A stretch of 64,000 nt of DNA from a virus (IMGVR_UViG_3300022723_000207:64001-128000), one strand, 5' to 3'. Shown: positions 21,426-33,146, numbered from the stretch's first letter. The notes: generated from the letters alone by a model not told the origin. Made by a program: numbers and translations.

Positions 21426-22292
21426 ATGATAGAAAGTTTTGTGTTGAAAAAAGGTGTTCTTGGCAACAGGATTTATTCTGTAGTTAATGATATTAATGAG
21501 TCATCTTGTAGTTTTAGTGGCCACAGGTATTATCAAGAAAAGTTTTTAGAACACATAATAAACAATAAATTTTCTAAGATTTCATCACCTACTGGCAGTG
21601 GCAAGAGTAAAGTTATTTTGGCTGCTGCTGCTTATTTTTATAAGATTGGTATTTCTACAATTATTGCTGTCCCTAAAATGTGCATTACTAACAATTTTTG
21701 TAATGAAACTAATCATGGGAAGTTTGTTGTTAATACTTCTAAATTAGAATTAATTTTGCCATCTTTATCAGTGATTCAAGAATACCAAAATAAAAAGGAT
21801 AATGTAAGAAAAATATTGAAATCGGTTGGGCCTCATGTGATTGTGTGTTCTTATGATGTTTTATGTAGTTGTGTTGATTTAATTGATGATCGTTTTTTAG
21901 TTGTTATTGATGAAGCACATCATTTAGCATCTGGAATTAACAATATCGGTAAAGCTGTTGATTCTATATGTCATACTGGAGTTAAAGATTCTAATGATTT
22001 CTTTGATGCCATTAACGCAGCATTTTACAAGGTGCATAGCTACAAATTTTTGGAAGATGAAACATTTGAGGAAGCTTTGGTATCAGAACTGGAATCACAG
22101 GGAATACCACATGAAGACATTGAAATAGCAGTCAATGCATTAGAAAAGGTAAGAAAAGAATACACTTCTGGTAAAAAGAATGAAAATGCTGTTGGCTGGC
22201 CAGAAGACATGGATGGCATTAAACAAGTCACTCAAGATCCACATGATAAACCAGTCAGTGACACTAATAATAACATGCAGAAGATTCATTAA
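21426..22292 (+). CDS. Truncated SF2 helicase ATPase domain, possibly a chimeric remnant
   Basis: SPTGSGKS and IDEAHH present; no recognisable motifs III-VI. Confidence 0.55.
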   Translation: MIESFVLKKGVLGNRIYSVVNDINESSCSFSGHRYYQEKFLEHIINNKFSKISSPTGSGKSKVILAAAAYFYKIGISTIIAVPKMCITNNFCNETNHGKFVVNTSKLELILPSLSVIQEYQNKKDNVRKILKSVGPHVIVCSYDVLCSCVDLIDDRFLVVIDEAHHLASGINNIGKAVDSICHTGVKDSNDFFDAINAAFYKVHSYKFLEDETFEEALVSELESQGIPHEDIEIAVNALEKVRKEYTSGKKNENAVGWPEDMDGIKQVTQDPHDKPVSDTNNNMQKIH

Positions 22293-22329
22293 TGTGTCAA
22301 ACTTGTAAGAGACACTCGGTCGAAGGATC

Positions 22330-22363
22330 AAAAGAACCCCGCCGTTGTGCGGGGTTCTTTTTT
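22330..22363 (+). terminator. Rho-independent terminator
   Basis: AAAAGAACCCCGC-CGTTGT-GCGGGGTTCTTTTTT; loop resembles that of the 20512 terminator. Confidence 0.85.
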
Positions 22364-22382
22364 ATATAAAATATGACTTGTT

Positions 22383-23843
22383 ATGGAACAAGAATTATCA
22401 GATAAGATAACAAATTTATTTAATGATGGGTTAACCCATCAAGAAATTGGTGATACTATTGGCAAGCCTCGCAGGACAGTAATGAAGCTGTGTGGGAAAC
22501 TTGGGTTAAAAAGATCCAGAGCAGAGGCTGCATCGTTAAAAACTAAGTCTCCTCTAGATGATCCTGAGATAATTAAATTCATAAGGAACAACAGAAATTC
22601 TTTGTCGTTAGAGGAGATAGCCAAAACATATAACTCATCTATAAGCTCAGTTCAGAGAATATGTGATAAATATGAGATTATTTTAGATAAAAAGAGATTT
22701 GTAAAATCTCAGTCTACTAAAATGAAAAATGCTTGGGACGATAATAAAAAAGAGAAAGCTAGAGATAAAAGTTTAAAATTGGTTACGCCAGAACTGAAAC
22801 AGAAACTTTCTGATGGATCTAGGAAACTGTGGAGTAACAACGATTATAGAGAAAAGCAGGTAAAGATTCAGACAGAAATATGGAATAAGCCAGAAAACAG
22901 GAAAAGGTTAGCTTTATGGAGGGCCAACCAAAGTGGCAGGTTGTCGTCAATACAGAAAATTTTATATTCTATCCTAGATGATTTAGGAATTAAATATTTT
23001 AAAGAAGGCAACCATACTGATAAAGAGTGCATTATTGGTCCCTACAATTTTGATTGTGTAATTCCTAGACCCAATGATAGAGATTTAGTTATTGAATGCC
23101 AAGGTGATTATTGGCACACTCAGGATAAAGCGATAAGAATTGATAAATCTAAGGCAACTTATTTGGAGAAATATTGTTCCAACACACATGAATTGAAATA
23201 TTTATGGGAACATGAATTTGCTTGCCAAAATAGGATTGGTGAACTGATAAAATATTGGACTGGATTAACTGATAACCAAATTGAAAATTTTGATTTTGGT
23301 GATCTGGACATAAAAAGATCAAAAGCTGAAGAATACAAACTGTTGCTATCAAAGTATCATTATTTGCCAAATGCAGGTAAAGGTGGAATGGCTTATGGAG
23401 CTTATTTTGGTGATGAATTGATTGCTGTATGTGTGTTTTCCAAGTTGGTCAGGCAAAATATTGAGATTGATGGGTTTAATAAAAATGAAGTAATTGAATT
23501 ATCTCGTCTTTGTATCCATCCAAATTATCAAAAGAAAAATCTTGCTAGTTGGTTTGTTAGTAGGTGCATTAAAAAGTTAGATGTTTCAATTAAGTGTATC
23601 GTTAGTTACTGTGATACCACTCATAATCATGATGGGGCTATTTATAAATCACTAAATTTTGTTAATGATAAAGAGGTAAGACCAGATTATTGGTATACTA
23701 ATGAGAATGGGTGGGTGATGCATAAAAAGACTTTGTATAATAAGGCTGTTAAAATGAACATTGTAGAATCTGAGTATGCCAACAAATTTGGGTATAAAAA
23801 GATATTTGGATCCAAAAAATTGAGATTTGTGTTTAAAAGATAA
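22383..23843 (+). CDS. HTH + Vsr/DUF559-like endonuclease + Mom-like acetyltransferase (paralog of 9221..10534)
   Basis: GPYNFD..IECQGDYWH; KYHYL, ELSRL, SYCD..HDGAIYK; shared GW.MHKKTL.NKA tail. Confidence 0.7.
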   Translation: MEQELSDKITNLFNDGLTHQEIGDTIGKPRRTVMKLCGKLGLKRSRAEAASLKTKSPLDDPEIIKFIRNNRNSLSLEEIAKTYNSSISSVQRICDKYEIILDKKRFVKSQSTKMKNAWDDNKKEKARDKSLKLVTPELKQKLSDGSRKLWSNNDYREKQVKIQTEIWNKPENRKRLALWRANQSGRLSSIQKILYSILDDLGIKYFKEGNHTDKECIIGPYNFDCVIPRPNDRDLVIECQGDYWHTQDKAIRIDKSKATYLEKYCSNTHELKYLWEHEFACQNRIGELIKYWTGLTDNQIENFDFGDLDIKRSKAEEYKLLLSKYHYLPNAGKGGMAYGAYFGDELIAVCVFSKLVRQNIEIDGFNKNEVIELSRLCIHPNYQKKNLASWFVSRCIKKLDVSIKCIVSYCDTTHNHDGAIYKSLNFVNDKEVRPDYWYTNENGWVMHKKTLYNKAVKMNIVESEYANKFGYKKIFGSKKLRFVFKR

Positions 23844-26434
23844 ATCTGCTGGCCAACAAATCAAAGAAGATGCGTTAATCTTTCTCATCTGACTGCTAGG
23901 GGACCCTGAGACTAATTAATAAATAATTTATTAGTCGTCTATTCCTGTTACAAAGGGCCGTCCTTTCAACGCTGATTTTATCAGATAACAGTTTGTCAAT
24001 TGCAGAATTGACTGTCAATGGTATGTTATGAGTATTTGGTTTCATACTACTGATAGAAGCAATTTAATATGAAGCAGATTTATTATTTTAGAGGCTGTGG
24101 AGGTATCAAGATCCGGATGCGGACTGATAAAGATCCAGCCCAAATCACAATGAGCAATAACAGTAAAAGTCTTGTGCATTCCATCGATCTCAGGATTATA
24201 ACTTGGGATCAGTTGATGACCGATGCTAATATCGATACTGAGTCTTCAATGATTTATTTTAATGGTCGTGTCAGACATCCGATTGAATTCAACGCTCAAA
24301 TGTCATGGTTTAATGATGAGGGTGATGGACTAATCAACTATAATCCAGGAGGCGGATTGATCTTGGTTCAGTTCAGTGGACTTGATTTTAATCCAGGATG
24401 AATATTACAATCTAATATTTTTATTATAATTCTTTACGGGCGTCTGTCGTTAGTTATAAAATCAATATTGCTGGTGCTTCTTGGAAGTCCGAATTATGGT
24501 GAATAGTATTTTAAAAGCATGAAAGCTAAAGCACTAAAACGAGCTAAATATTTATTAGAAATGTTGGGTGATGCTCGTAAGTCGATTAATGATCATTCAT
24601 TGAATCATACTGAAGTGTGTATTCTTAGGGGCAAAGCGTCAAGAATTGGACTGCCTCAATTTGATAATCTTGATAGGATCTGTCGTGATGTCATTGCAGC
24701 GATTGATGAAATTAAGGGTGAGGACGAAGCCAAGAAATTGATGGAAGAGCTTGGCTTGGATTGGGAATATGATGGCAATGTTTTTAGGATCAACGTTATA
24801 GAATATCCAAATATTAGCCCTGTATTAATTAATCCTGGTTCTGTATTTATGCTGGGAGAGACCATTTGGTCTAAGTTGATTGATATCTTGGAAGAAAATA
24901 AAGCTAAGAAATATTCGTTCTTGAATGGACATACTATATGTGATTGTTGTTTGAATGGTTGTGGTGATATCGCTAGGGAAGATTGCACAGAGTGCAATGG
25001 TGCTGGCTATATCAAACTATGATATAGGCGGGCTACGTTACATCAACGCGAGCAACCTCTAATAGCCACTATCGGACCAAGAGATCGCTAAAATATTGTC
25101 ATACCGCCGAAAAATTTTATAAAACAAGTATGGATCATTGTGGGAAAGATTGCCGTCGCAACCCTCTACAGGTCGTTGGAGATGAGTCATGTTTAAACTG
25201 AGTGTTAGAGAAGACCGTTGCGTAGTTCTGAAAGAGATCTATAACGGAATCTCGTTAGAGACCGAAGAAGGCAACCAGCTAAATGTTTGCATGAGAGATG
25301 ATACCTTAGAAATGAATGTATGCCCTAAGGGTGTCGATTCTGGGCACTGGTGGCGCGTCGATATGCAAACTGGACGGATAGAGCCAATGGAGCGGCGGGT
25401 TAAACACGGTGGAGCTTAATATGGCGTTTCAGTCCACACCAAGGCCACACGGCAGTCGGATATCACCGAGTCAGCTTGATGATCCACCACCAAGGCCGAA
25501 TAAGTCACCTCCACCGCCGAAGGGGAGCTATCGGGTCATAAAACTGCCAAGTATTCATTTTTGAGTGGTCTGCAATTTGCCGTCTATAGGAGTATAAAAC
25601 CGAGTTTATTGCTCTGGATTGTCTTGGGCGGCAAGCATATGATTGGTTGTTTGTACTAATCAATATGGATGGCTTGGTGCTTAATTTTAGTGAGTCTGAC
25701 GATCACGCTGAAGGCCAATGGCTAATGACATGCGCTTAGAAAATGTTGATTTTGAGTTGATAGTAGATAATGTGAAAGTGCGCAAAGACAAAATTGTAAA
25801 GGCAGAACTATTGGTATGTTTAATGAATTTTGGATATGTTAAAAATGATGCAGATTTTGGTGAGATATTTGATGTTTTAAACTTCTTATTAACAACTGAT
25901 ATTGTAGATCATCATCCTAAGCCATGGTTAGTTAAGGTCATGGATTGGTATTTGTGTCATTTTTGTTTTTATCGTCGTTGGCGTGGTGGAGTTTGGAAAA
26001 AATGGTGGATAGACTCTCCGGTAGCTTCTAGCATATGGTTCCACAATGAATTAGGTCAACCAGGGCTGGCCAGGGGTACGCCATTTATCGAAATTTATGG
26101 CATTAGCTGTGAAGCTTTGGATGAGTTAGAAAAATATTATTTGTGATAAAGGCATTAGCCCATAATAGTTGGCATTGCAGTTTCGGCCCGAAAATTGACA
26201 ACTCATCTGAAGCTCCAAAGTAGATAATGGTGCCGATATAAGGCATACATATCCACTATAAGGAGCCAGATATGATTCGCGTAGAAGATCTTCAAGATCT
26301 TGATTCCCTTGGCCTATATGAACAGATGGGAATCAACACTAAGAAGTACGATCTTGAAAAATCATTTAGGTAGTAGATTTTATCCGCGCTATTAATAATG
26401 CATACGATCGTGCTATAAAAGCGCGGAGAAGTAT

Positions 26435-27337
26435 ATGCCTAGCGTCTTTGATCAATTGCGAGAGCGTGGTATCATTAAAGATTATCCTCGTTTTCTTAAG
26501 AGTAATGTCCATTATGAAACGATCATGGGCTCCATAGCCTATGGTGTGAGTGGTGATTCTAGTGATTTTGATGTGTATGGTTTTGCTATTCCACCAAAGA
26601 ACATTCTATTTCCCCATTTGGATGGCTATATTCCAGGGTTTGGCGCTCAACCGCCAAAATTTGATCAATTTCAAAAACACCATTTAATGGATAAAGATGC
26701 TGAGGGAGGCAAAGGCCGTGAATACGATCTAAATATCTATAATATTGTGAAGTATTTCGATTTATGCATGGGCTGTAATCCCAATATGATCGATAGTTTG
26801 TTCACGCCTCGACGTTGTGTTTTGCATTCGACTCATATTGGTGAGTTGGTCAGGGACAATCGTAAATTGTTTTTATCAAAGCTGTGCTGGCACAAATTCA
26901 AGGGCTACGCTTACAGCCAAATGCAGAAAATGAAGAGCCAGACTCGTATTGGCAAGCGGGCAGAAGTAGTCCAGGAGTACGGCTATGATCTCAAATTCGC
27001 TTATCATATGGTTCGATTAATGCATGAAGTAGAACAAATTTTAGAAGAGAACGATTTAGACTTAGAGCGAAATCGCGAACAATTAAAGTCTATTAGACGT
27101 GGTGAGTGGACGTTAGAAGAAGTCGAAAATTACTTTGCTGTTAAGGAAGAAGTTCTAGAGCAAGCTTATGCAAAATCGGATTTGCCGCACAAACCACGTG
27201 AGGCAGAGATCAAGGATTTGCTGGTTCATTGTCTAGAGTCTACATTAGATGGCGTGGATAAGGCGATTAATATTCCTGACCAAGCCATTAGGGCTCTGAA
27301 AGAAATACAAGTTATATGTGACAAAGCTATTAAATAG
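26435..27337 (+). CDS. Pol-beta superfamily nucleotidyltransferase (RlaP/YcgL-like)
   Basis: GSIAYG...SDFDVYG, CNPN, KFAYHMVRL, LKSIRRG. Confidence 0.75.
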   Translation: MPSVFDQLRERGIIKDYPRFLKSNVHYETIMGSIAYGVSGDSSDFDVYGFAIPPKNILFPHLDGYIPGFGAQPPKFDQFQKHHLMDKDAEGGKGREYDLNIYNIVKYFDLCMGCNPNMIDSLFTPRRCVLHSTHIGELVRDNRKLFLSKLCWHKFKGYAYSQMQKMKSQTRIGKRAEVVQEYGYDLKFAYHMVRLMHEVEQILEENDLDLERNREQLKSIRRGEWTLEEVENYFAVKEEVLEQAYAKSDLPHKPREAEIKDLLVHCLESTLDGVDKAINIPDQAIRALKEIQVICDKAIK

Positions 27338-27405
27338 ATATAGCGCTTTATAGTCTATAGTAAAATAGGGATTTATTTATTTTAAGTTAAATATATAAAT
27401 CAGAT

Positions 27406-27684
27406 ATGAGTAAGAAGCGTTACATCTGTGCTGGGCCACGAGCAAATGAGCCTGATGCTAATGGTATAATCTATCCGAAGGAAGTTTTGCAAAAAGCTAT
27501 CGAAGAAGCGCAATATAGAGTTAAGGAAGGCAAAATGCTGGCCCATTGTGGGTCAGGCTGTGGGTCAGGCTGTGGGTCAGGCTATGAGGTAGAGTTAGAC
27601 AAGATTGTTGGAATAGTGCGCAGCTTAGACTTAGAAGATGATAGAGTGATTATAGAAGTAGAAAGTTTGGACAACCAGGAATAA
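27406..27684 (+). CDS. Truncated prohead-protease-like protein with a CGSG repeat
   Basis: EPDANGIIYPKEVLQKAIE aligns to TPNENGRVYPSEVMREALE of 14890..15573. Confidence 0.55.
   Translation: MSKKRYICAGPRANEPDANGIIYPKEVLQKAIEEAQYRVKEGKMLAHCGSGCGSGCGSGYEVELDKIVGIVRSLDLEDDRVIIEVESLDNQE
27547..27582 (+). repeat. 12-nt tandem repeat x3 (TGTGGGTCAGGC)
   Basis: Three exact copies. Confidence 0.9.
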
Positions 27685-28828
27685 TGTCAGCAGAAGATTA
27701 TTTTGCAGCTGATGGATACGATATCAGCTTGGAAGAAGAATTCGAAATCCAGGCCGGTGAAGATAGGATGGCTGGGCTGGGATGGCAGAAGCGTAATGTT
27801 GATATGACTGCCTGTGCTAATGGCTTTGGGATCGTGCATAATGCTAGAGTTGTGGCATCTGGAAATAATTGGCGAGCGGTGGTTGTAAAAGCCAAAGAGC
27901 TGGCTAAGAAGTACGGATTTGTTGATGTCATCAGAAGATGACACATATCGCCAATGATGGGCTTCCTGCCCACAAAAACGCTGATCCTGACTGCAAGATT
28001 TGCGATGGCATGGAGTTGCACTAAAGGAAGTTCGACATGATATCAAAGAACTTAGATGGTACATTGAAGGCAAGTGATGGTTAGAATTAGCGACTATCAC
28101 TGGACTGAATTAGAAGATTGGTTTTAGAAACAGATAGGAAACGTAGCTCAAAATTAACATGGAGAAACAAAATGACAAAAATCATAAATGTTAAAAAAGA
28201 AGCTAAAGCTAAAAGCTAAAGCTAAAAAAGTTGAAGCAATAAAAAAGGTCAGAGAAGCCAAAGCGGAAGCTGCGACCAACGCAGTAATAGAAAAGTCCAT
28301 TAGTAAAAGAATATTTATTTTGTCATTATTAGCGACTGTTTCTGCTATGGTTGCATATCTTTATTTTGCGGGGATGTAATTTAAAGGCTCAATTGTTTTC
28401 ATGGTTAGCTCAGCTGTACCAATAGGATGGCACTTGAATGTGGTGGGATAGGATTGGCAGTAGTATGTTTGTGAAGCTGGCTTAATGTGGGATAAGTATT
28501 GTGATGGTAATCCTCATAAGTGCAAAAAAGCAGAACTAAAGTTTAAGGATAGGCCCCATGGTTGAAAAGAAGCCCAAAAGTGAAATTTTAAAAGAAGTCC
28601 TAGATCAGAATGGGCTTAAAACTTCCATGACTTTCACTAGAAAAGCTGTATATGAAGCGATGCAGACATATGCCAATCAAGAAATAGCGGCCATTGAAGT
28701 TGAGCTGGATGCTGCCACTAAAGTTCTAGATATTATTATAAACTCTGAAACAGCGGAAGATCTCATTGCAATGAGGGATGCCCTTAGATTGGAAGTAAAA
28801 GATGACGATTAGCGGAATATAAAGATAT

Positions 28829-29350
28829 ATGGATAAAGATTCAACATTTTTAGTAATTGATGTAGAATCAGTCGGTTTACATGGTACTGCATTTGCAGTA
28901 GCTGGCATGTTGCTAAATTGGGAAGGTGTTGGATGGACTTTCACTTATGCCTGCCACCCAGACAAAGCTTCTGGCGCAGATTCTGATCGCAAGTGGGTCA
29001 TGGAAAATGTGCCGAAGTTGGATTATAATTGTGATAATCCTCGCGAAGTTCGTGATTTATTTTGGGATATGTGGATTGATACTAAAAAGAAATACCAAAA
29101 CGTGATCATGGCGGCGGAATGCTCATGGCCAGTTGAAGCTAGATTTTTAAACAGTTGCATTGATGATGATAAAGAGTTACGGAATTGGCTTGGTCCCTAC
29201 CCGTTGCATGATATTTCTTCTATTATGCTGGCTGTTGGCATGGATCCAATGAATAATTATCGGCGTTTAAAGGACGAAAAACCAGAGCACCATCCGCTGT
29301 CTGATGTCAAATTATCGGCTAGACTTTTGCGGGAAGCATTCGATGGATAA
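28829..29350 (+). CDS. DEDDh-like 3'-5' exonuclease
   Basis: VIDVES ... HHPLSD. Confidence 0.6.
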   Translation: MDKDSTFLVIDVESVGLHGTAFAVAGMLLNWEGVGWTFTYACHPDKASGADSDRKWVMENVPKLDYNCDNPREVRDLFWDMWIDTKKKYQNVIMAAECSWPVEARFLNSCIDDDKELRNWLGPYPLHDISSIMLAVGMDPMNNYRRLKDEKPEHHPLSDVKLSARLLREAFDG

Positions 29351-29697
29351 GAGGATATTCGAAGTAAAAGTAAAATCTGAAGAATTTCGTGATGCCATTA
29401 TACAGTCTTTAACATTATGCCGATTTCATTTTATTGAGCCGTGCGACTTTGTTGTTGGCGATAAGTTTGTGACTATTGACGACAATTGCAATATCAATAT
29501 TTATGATGCAATATCAGCTTGTGGTGATGTGATTAGTCTTAATGTTGATTCATTGTTAATTGTTGGGATGGTTGACTCCGTTAATAGTTTTTATAAAGCA
29601 CCTGACTATTTTATTAAAATGTGACTAACTTACATATATCAGAGGGATGGTATATATGACACGTTAGTTGGGCTAAACATTGTGAAGGAACAAATAC

Positions 29698-30483
29698 GTG
29701 GCTGATCGAGTTGCTAAATTTGATAGGCTTGTTTTCCCAATAATTAAAAATATGCCGTCATTTGGTAAGTTTGTTGATGGTGATTTTTCTGGTGTTGATT
29801 TTGAAGCTTTCCAAACTGATCGAGAATTCAATAAAGACGATTATCGTGTGTGGTTTCAAGAAATATGTGATAGCCAGGGCATTGAAAATCAGCATCGTTT
29901 TGCTGTGGCGACTATATTGAAAGAACTAGAGATTTTGTTATACACCCCAGAGGACGTTGCTGGTAGTGGCATCATCAACGATCTAGTTGGTGTTCAACCT
30001 ATAATGGCACCAACAGAGTTAAGGTATAGGTATACAATGACTATTAATTTTTATCATCCTGATGAGAAATATGGCTGTTTCTCTAATTTTTCTAGGCATG
30101 AAGTTGATCTGGGCGGTTATGTTTGGCCAACTAGTGAACATTATTATCAAGCGCAAAAATTTGAGGATCATGATATTCAAAAAAGAGTGCGTAATTGCAA
30201 AGGGCCTGGCGCAGCACGAGGGATGGGGCGTGATCGATCATTACCGCTTAAGAAAAATTGGGAACAGATTAAAGACGATGTGATGTATAAGGTGGTGCTT
30301 GCTAAATTCACGCAGCATAGGCATATTAAAGAAATCCTACTGGGTACTGGTCATAATCATTTAGTTGAGAAATCACCAATCGATTATTATTGGGGGTCTG
30401 GAGCAGATGGAACTGGCCAGAACAAGCTTGGTAGGACACTTATGAAAGTAAGAGAATATTTATCTAATAGTCGTTTCCTTTAG
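29698..30483 (+). CDS. NADAR (YbiA-like) domain with an N-terminal MCP-like fragment
   Basis: FSNF, WPTSEHYYQAQKF, KFTQH, D.YWG, N.LG..LM.VR from ATG 30037; upstream DLVGVQP..RYRY. Confidence 0.85.
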   Translation: MADRVAKFDRLVFPIIKNMPSFGKFVDGDFSGVDFEAFQTDREFNKDDYRVWFQEICDSQGIENQHRFAVATILKELEILLYTPEDVAGSGIINDLVGVQPIMAPTELRYRYTMTINFYHPDEKYGCFSNFSRHEVDLGGYVWPTSEHYYQAQKFEDHDIQKRVRNCKGPGAARGMGRDRSLPLKKNWEQIKDDVMYKVVLAKFTQHRHIKEILLGTGHNHLVEKSPIDYYWGSGADGTGQNKLGRTLMKVREYLSNSRFL

Positions 30484-30582
30484 AAACTGTCCGTGACGCA
30501 TTCGTGCGTATCGGCAGTCCAAAAGCTGCACACTTGTTGTGTTGGGATGATATCATGAGCATCTACTATCAAGAGGTCGGTC

Positions 30583-31215
30583 ATGAATGAAAGATTTAAA
30601 GAATGGGCAACCAGCATATTAATGGATTCTGGGATAGTGCCATGTAAATTGGATGACACCTTAAGCGGCCTGTTAGCATATTATAATAATGGCAGGTATT
30701 ATCATAATCCTGCTCACATCCTCTACATGTTGGATCGCATGGAAGAAGCTGGTTGGACCAGCACTAATCTTTCTTTTGCGATTTTATTTCATGATGTGTA
30801 CTATGCGCTTGGGGTTGGGCGTGGTGTTAATGAAAGAATTAGCGCCGATATAGCCCTACGATCTTTAGAAGATTGCCTTTATATCTTTCGTGATTGTGCT
30901 GCTATTGAAAGAATGATTATGGCAACTGCAGATTTTATGGATTCAATTCACACAGATACAAACTGCCAGAAGATTTGTGATCTAGATCTTTCTTCATTAG
31001 CTCGTGAACCTTATGAAGATTTTGTTTATCAACAGAGAGAAATTTTGATGGAGAACGGTTTAGGAGTTGAGCATCTTCATAAATCCGCGTATTTTTTAAA
31101 CACGCTATTAGAAAAACGAGGTGATGATTTGTTTTATACTGATTACGGTAAAAAGCACTGGCTAGATAAGGCAAAAGATAATATCCAAAGGTTAGAAAGT
31201 GATTATGGTTCATGA
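30583..31215 (+). CDS. HD-domain phosphohydrolase
   Basis: RYYHN..H, FHDVYY, NE..SA, D.DLS. Confidence 0.75.
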   Translation: MNERFKEWATSILMDSGIVPCKLDDTLSGLLAYYNNGRYYHNPAHILYMLDRMEEAGWTSTNLSFAILFHDVYYALGVGRGVNERISADIALRSLEDCLYIFRDCAAIERMIMATADFMDSIHTDTNCQKICDLDLSSLAREPYEDFVYQQREILMENGLGVEHLHKSAYFLNTLLEKRGDDLFYTDYGKKHWLDKAKDNIQRLESDYGS

Positions 31216-32086
31216 TTGCTGCTATTTTGTTAAAAATAATATGATTACACAAATAGCGGTTGCTGACTCTTATGGTGCAGCTTATGAGTTTGCTCCTAAG
31301 CCACCGCTTAATGATTTAAAATTTCATAAGCATCCTAATCGAAAAGACGATTTAGTGGAAGGTGAGTATACTGATGATACTCAGATGACGCTGGCGATCA
31401 TGCGCCATATGATTAGTGATAAGCCTTGGAATCAATATTGGATCGCTTGGCATTTTTTGGATGAATACCGCAATTATAGTATTGATGGGTATGCTAGAAG
31501 ATTTCAAAAGTTTTTAGATGATTGCCGATCTATTAATGATTTTGTGTCTAAGATATCTCCTAAATCCAAGAGAAATGGTAGCGTAATGCGCTCTGTTCCA
31601 ATTGGGGTGTTACCCACGCCTGAGGATGTTGTTAATTATTCTTATATTCAGTCATCAGTTACTCATGCCACCCCATCAAGTTGTATTAGTTCAGCGTCAG
31701 TTGCTTTAGCGTCTCACTACTACTATCATGATCTAGGTCCTAAATCTAAGGTTTCTGAATATCTAAAAGGAATCCTGGGATTTTCACTTAAGCGAGTGGA
31801 CACTAAAGTAGCTTGTGATGCTGTGGAGACGGCCCACGCTGCTCTTTGGATATCCAAAAGCACCGATGATTTAGACTTAGCTATGAAAAAGGCGGTAGAT
31901 CTAGGGGGTGATACCGATTCGGTAGCAGCGGTTGCTTGTGGATTAATATCTATGAGACCCGGTTTGAATGATGAAATGGAATTAACTAGCCTTTTGTCAG
32001 ATAGAAATAGGCGGTCAGTATCTTCAATGGTTGAATTAGAAAAAGAGCTATTTCAAAAATACGGTAGGGCTGCAACAAATAACTGA
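31199..32086 (+). CDS. ADP-ribosylglycohydrolase (DraG/ARH family)
   Basis: ADSYG, YTDDTQM, NGSVMR, TH, GGDTDS. Confidence 0.88.
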   Translation: MIMVHDCCYFVKNNMITQIAVADSYGAAYEFAPKPPLNDLKFHKHPNRKDDLVEGEYTDDTQMTLAIMRHMISDKPWNQYWIAWHFLDEYRNYSIDGYARRFQKFLDDCRSINDFVSKISPKSKRNGSVMRSVPIGVLPTPEDVVNYSYIQSSVTHATPSSCISSASVALASHYYYHDLGPKSKVSEYLKGILGFSLKRVDTKVACDAVETAHAALWISKSTDDLDLAMKKAVDLGGDTDSVAAVACGLISMRPGLNDEMELTSLLSDRNRRSVSSMVELEKELFQKYGRAATNN

Positions 32087-32381
32087 TGTACGACGACCAG
32101 CGTTATCAGAAGCCTAGCGACATCAACCATTTGGTGATGTATGTTGATGGTAGTGATGGAGTTAGGTACTACTTGTGCTACGACAACAACGAAAATGTTG
32201 TGGTTCGTGGTGGCAACAGTAAGTTCATGGCTACCCTGGAGTATGCTGCGGCTAATGGCCTCTTGCATGCCATGACTGATGATAGCAAGATTCTGGACCA
32301 CCAAATGGCTCGTGACGCCTGGATTAAGTTCCGTAGTTATTGTGGCATGTCTGAGGATATTCCTTCAGACAAATATACCAC

Positions 32382-33146
32382 ATGGCTAGAATCTTAAGAT
32401 ACTTATTGTCAGAAGACTTGGCGAGTGATGCCGAGGACTTAGCTGACAAATTGCGTAAAGCATTTGGCGTATCCTACAAAGAGATACGCCAAATGTATAA
32501 AGATGCAGGCCAGAAGACTGAGCCGTTCTATCAGATGCTGTCTCAGAAGGCAGCCGAATTAGAAGCTCAAGTTGATGATTCTGACGGTATTGGTGATGAA
32601 ATGCCGTCGTTTAAGGTTGCTAATAAAGACACAGAGCAGCTAGATCCGAGCATGGCAGCCGAGCCTGCTGATAATCAATTTAAAGATGAAGGTGTCATTG
32701 ATGTATTGAAATATCTTTCCAATTTATGGCGTAGTAGAGATCGCGTCAGGGTTATTGCGGCAAGGCTTGGCATTGACCCTGATATTTATGCGGCTGCTGG
32801 GCTTGGCAACATCCCAGACGATTATGATGATGAAGATATCTGGAACACTATGGACCAAAGTAATCATGGTCAGGTAGAATTTTATCAGTCGAAGTGGCAG
32901 CCTTATTATATTGATACCATGGAACGTTTAAAAGAGCTTCCAGATGATATAAAACAAGAGATTTCTGATATTGTTCAGAAAAGTAAAGAGCATAAGAGGG
33001 ATGTCTCTTTCCCGGTCCGCTCTGATCGTCCTTATGATGACGAAGGGCAGGCTTTTGAGGGCAGGTTACTAAATGATTTAGTGATTGAGGAAGAGAACTC
33101 AATTACGGTACTCTCTAAGGGTAGTTCTGTTTTCAAAGTAATTTAG
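32382..33146 (+). CDS. Acidic hypothetical protein, candidate capsid-internal protein
   Basis: N-terminus MARILRYLLSE; C-terminal motif shared with head-module proteins. Confidence 0.4.
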   Translation: MARILRYLLSEDLASDAEDLADKLRKAFGVSYKEIRQMYKDAGQKTEPFYQMLSQKAAELEAQVDDSDGIGDEMPSFKVANKDTEQLDPSMAAEPADNQFKDEGVIDVLKYLSNLWRSRDRVRVIAARLGIDPDIYAAAGLGNIPDDYDDEDIWNTMDQSNHGQVEFYQSKWQPYYIDTMERLKELPDDIKQEISDIVQKSKEHKRDVSFPVRSDRPYDDEGQAFEGRLLNDLVIEEENSITVLSKGSSVFKVI

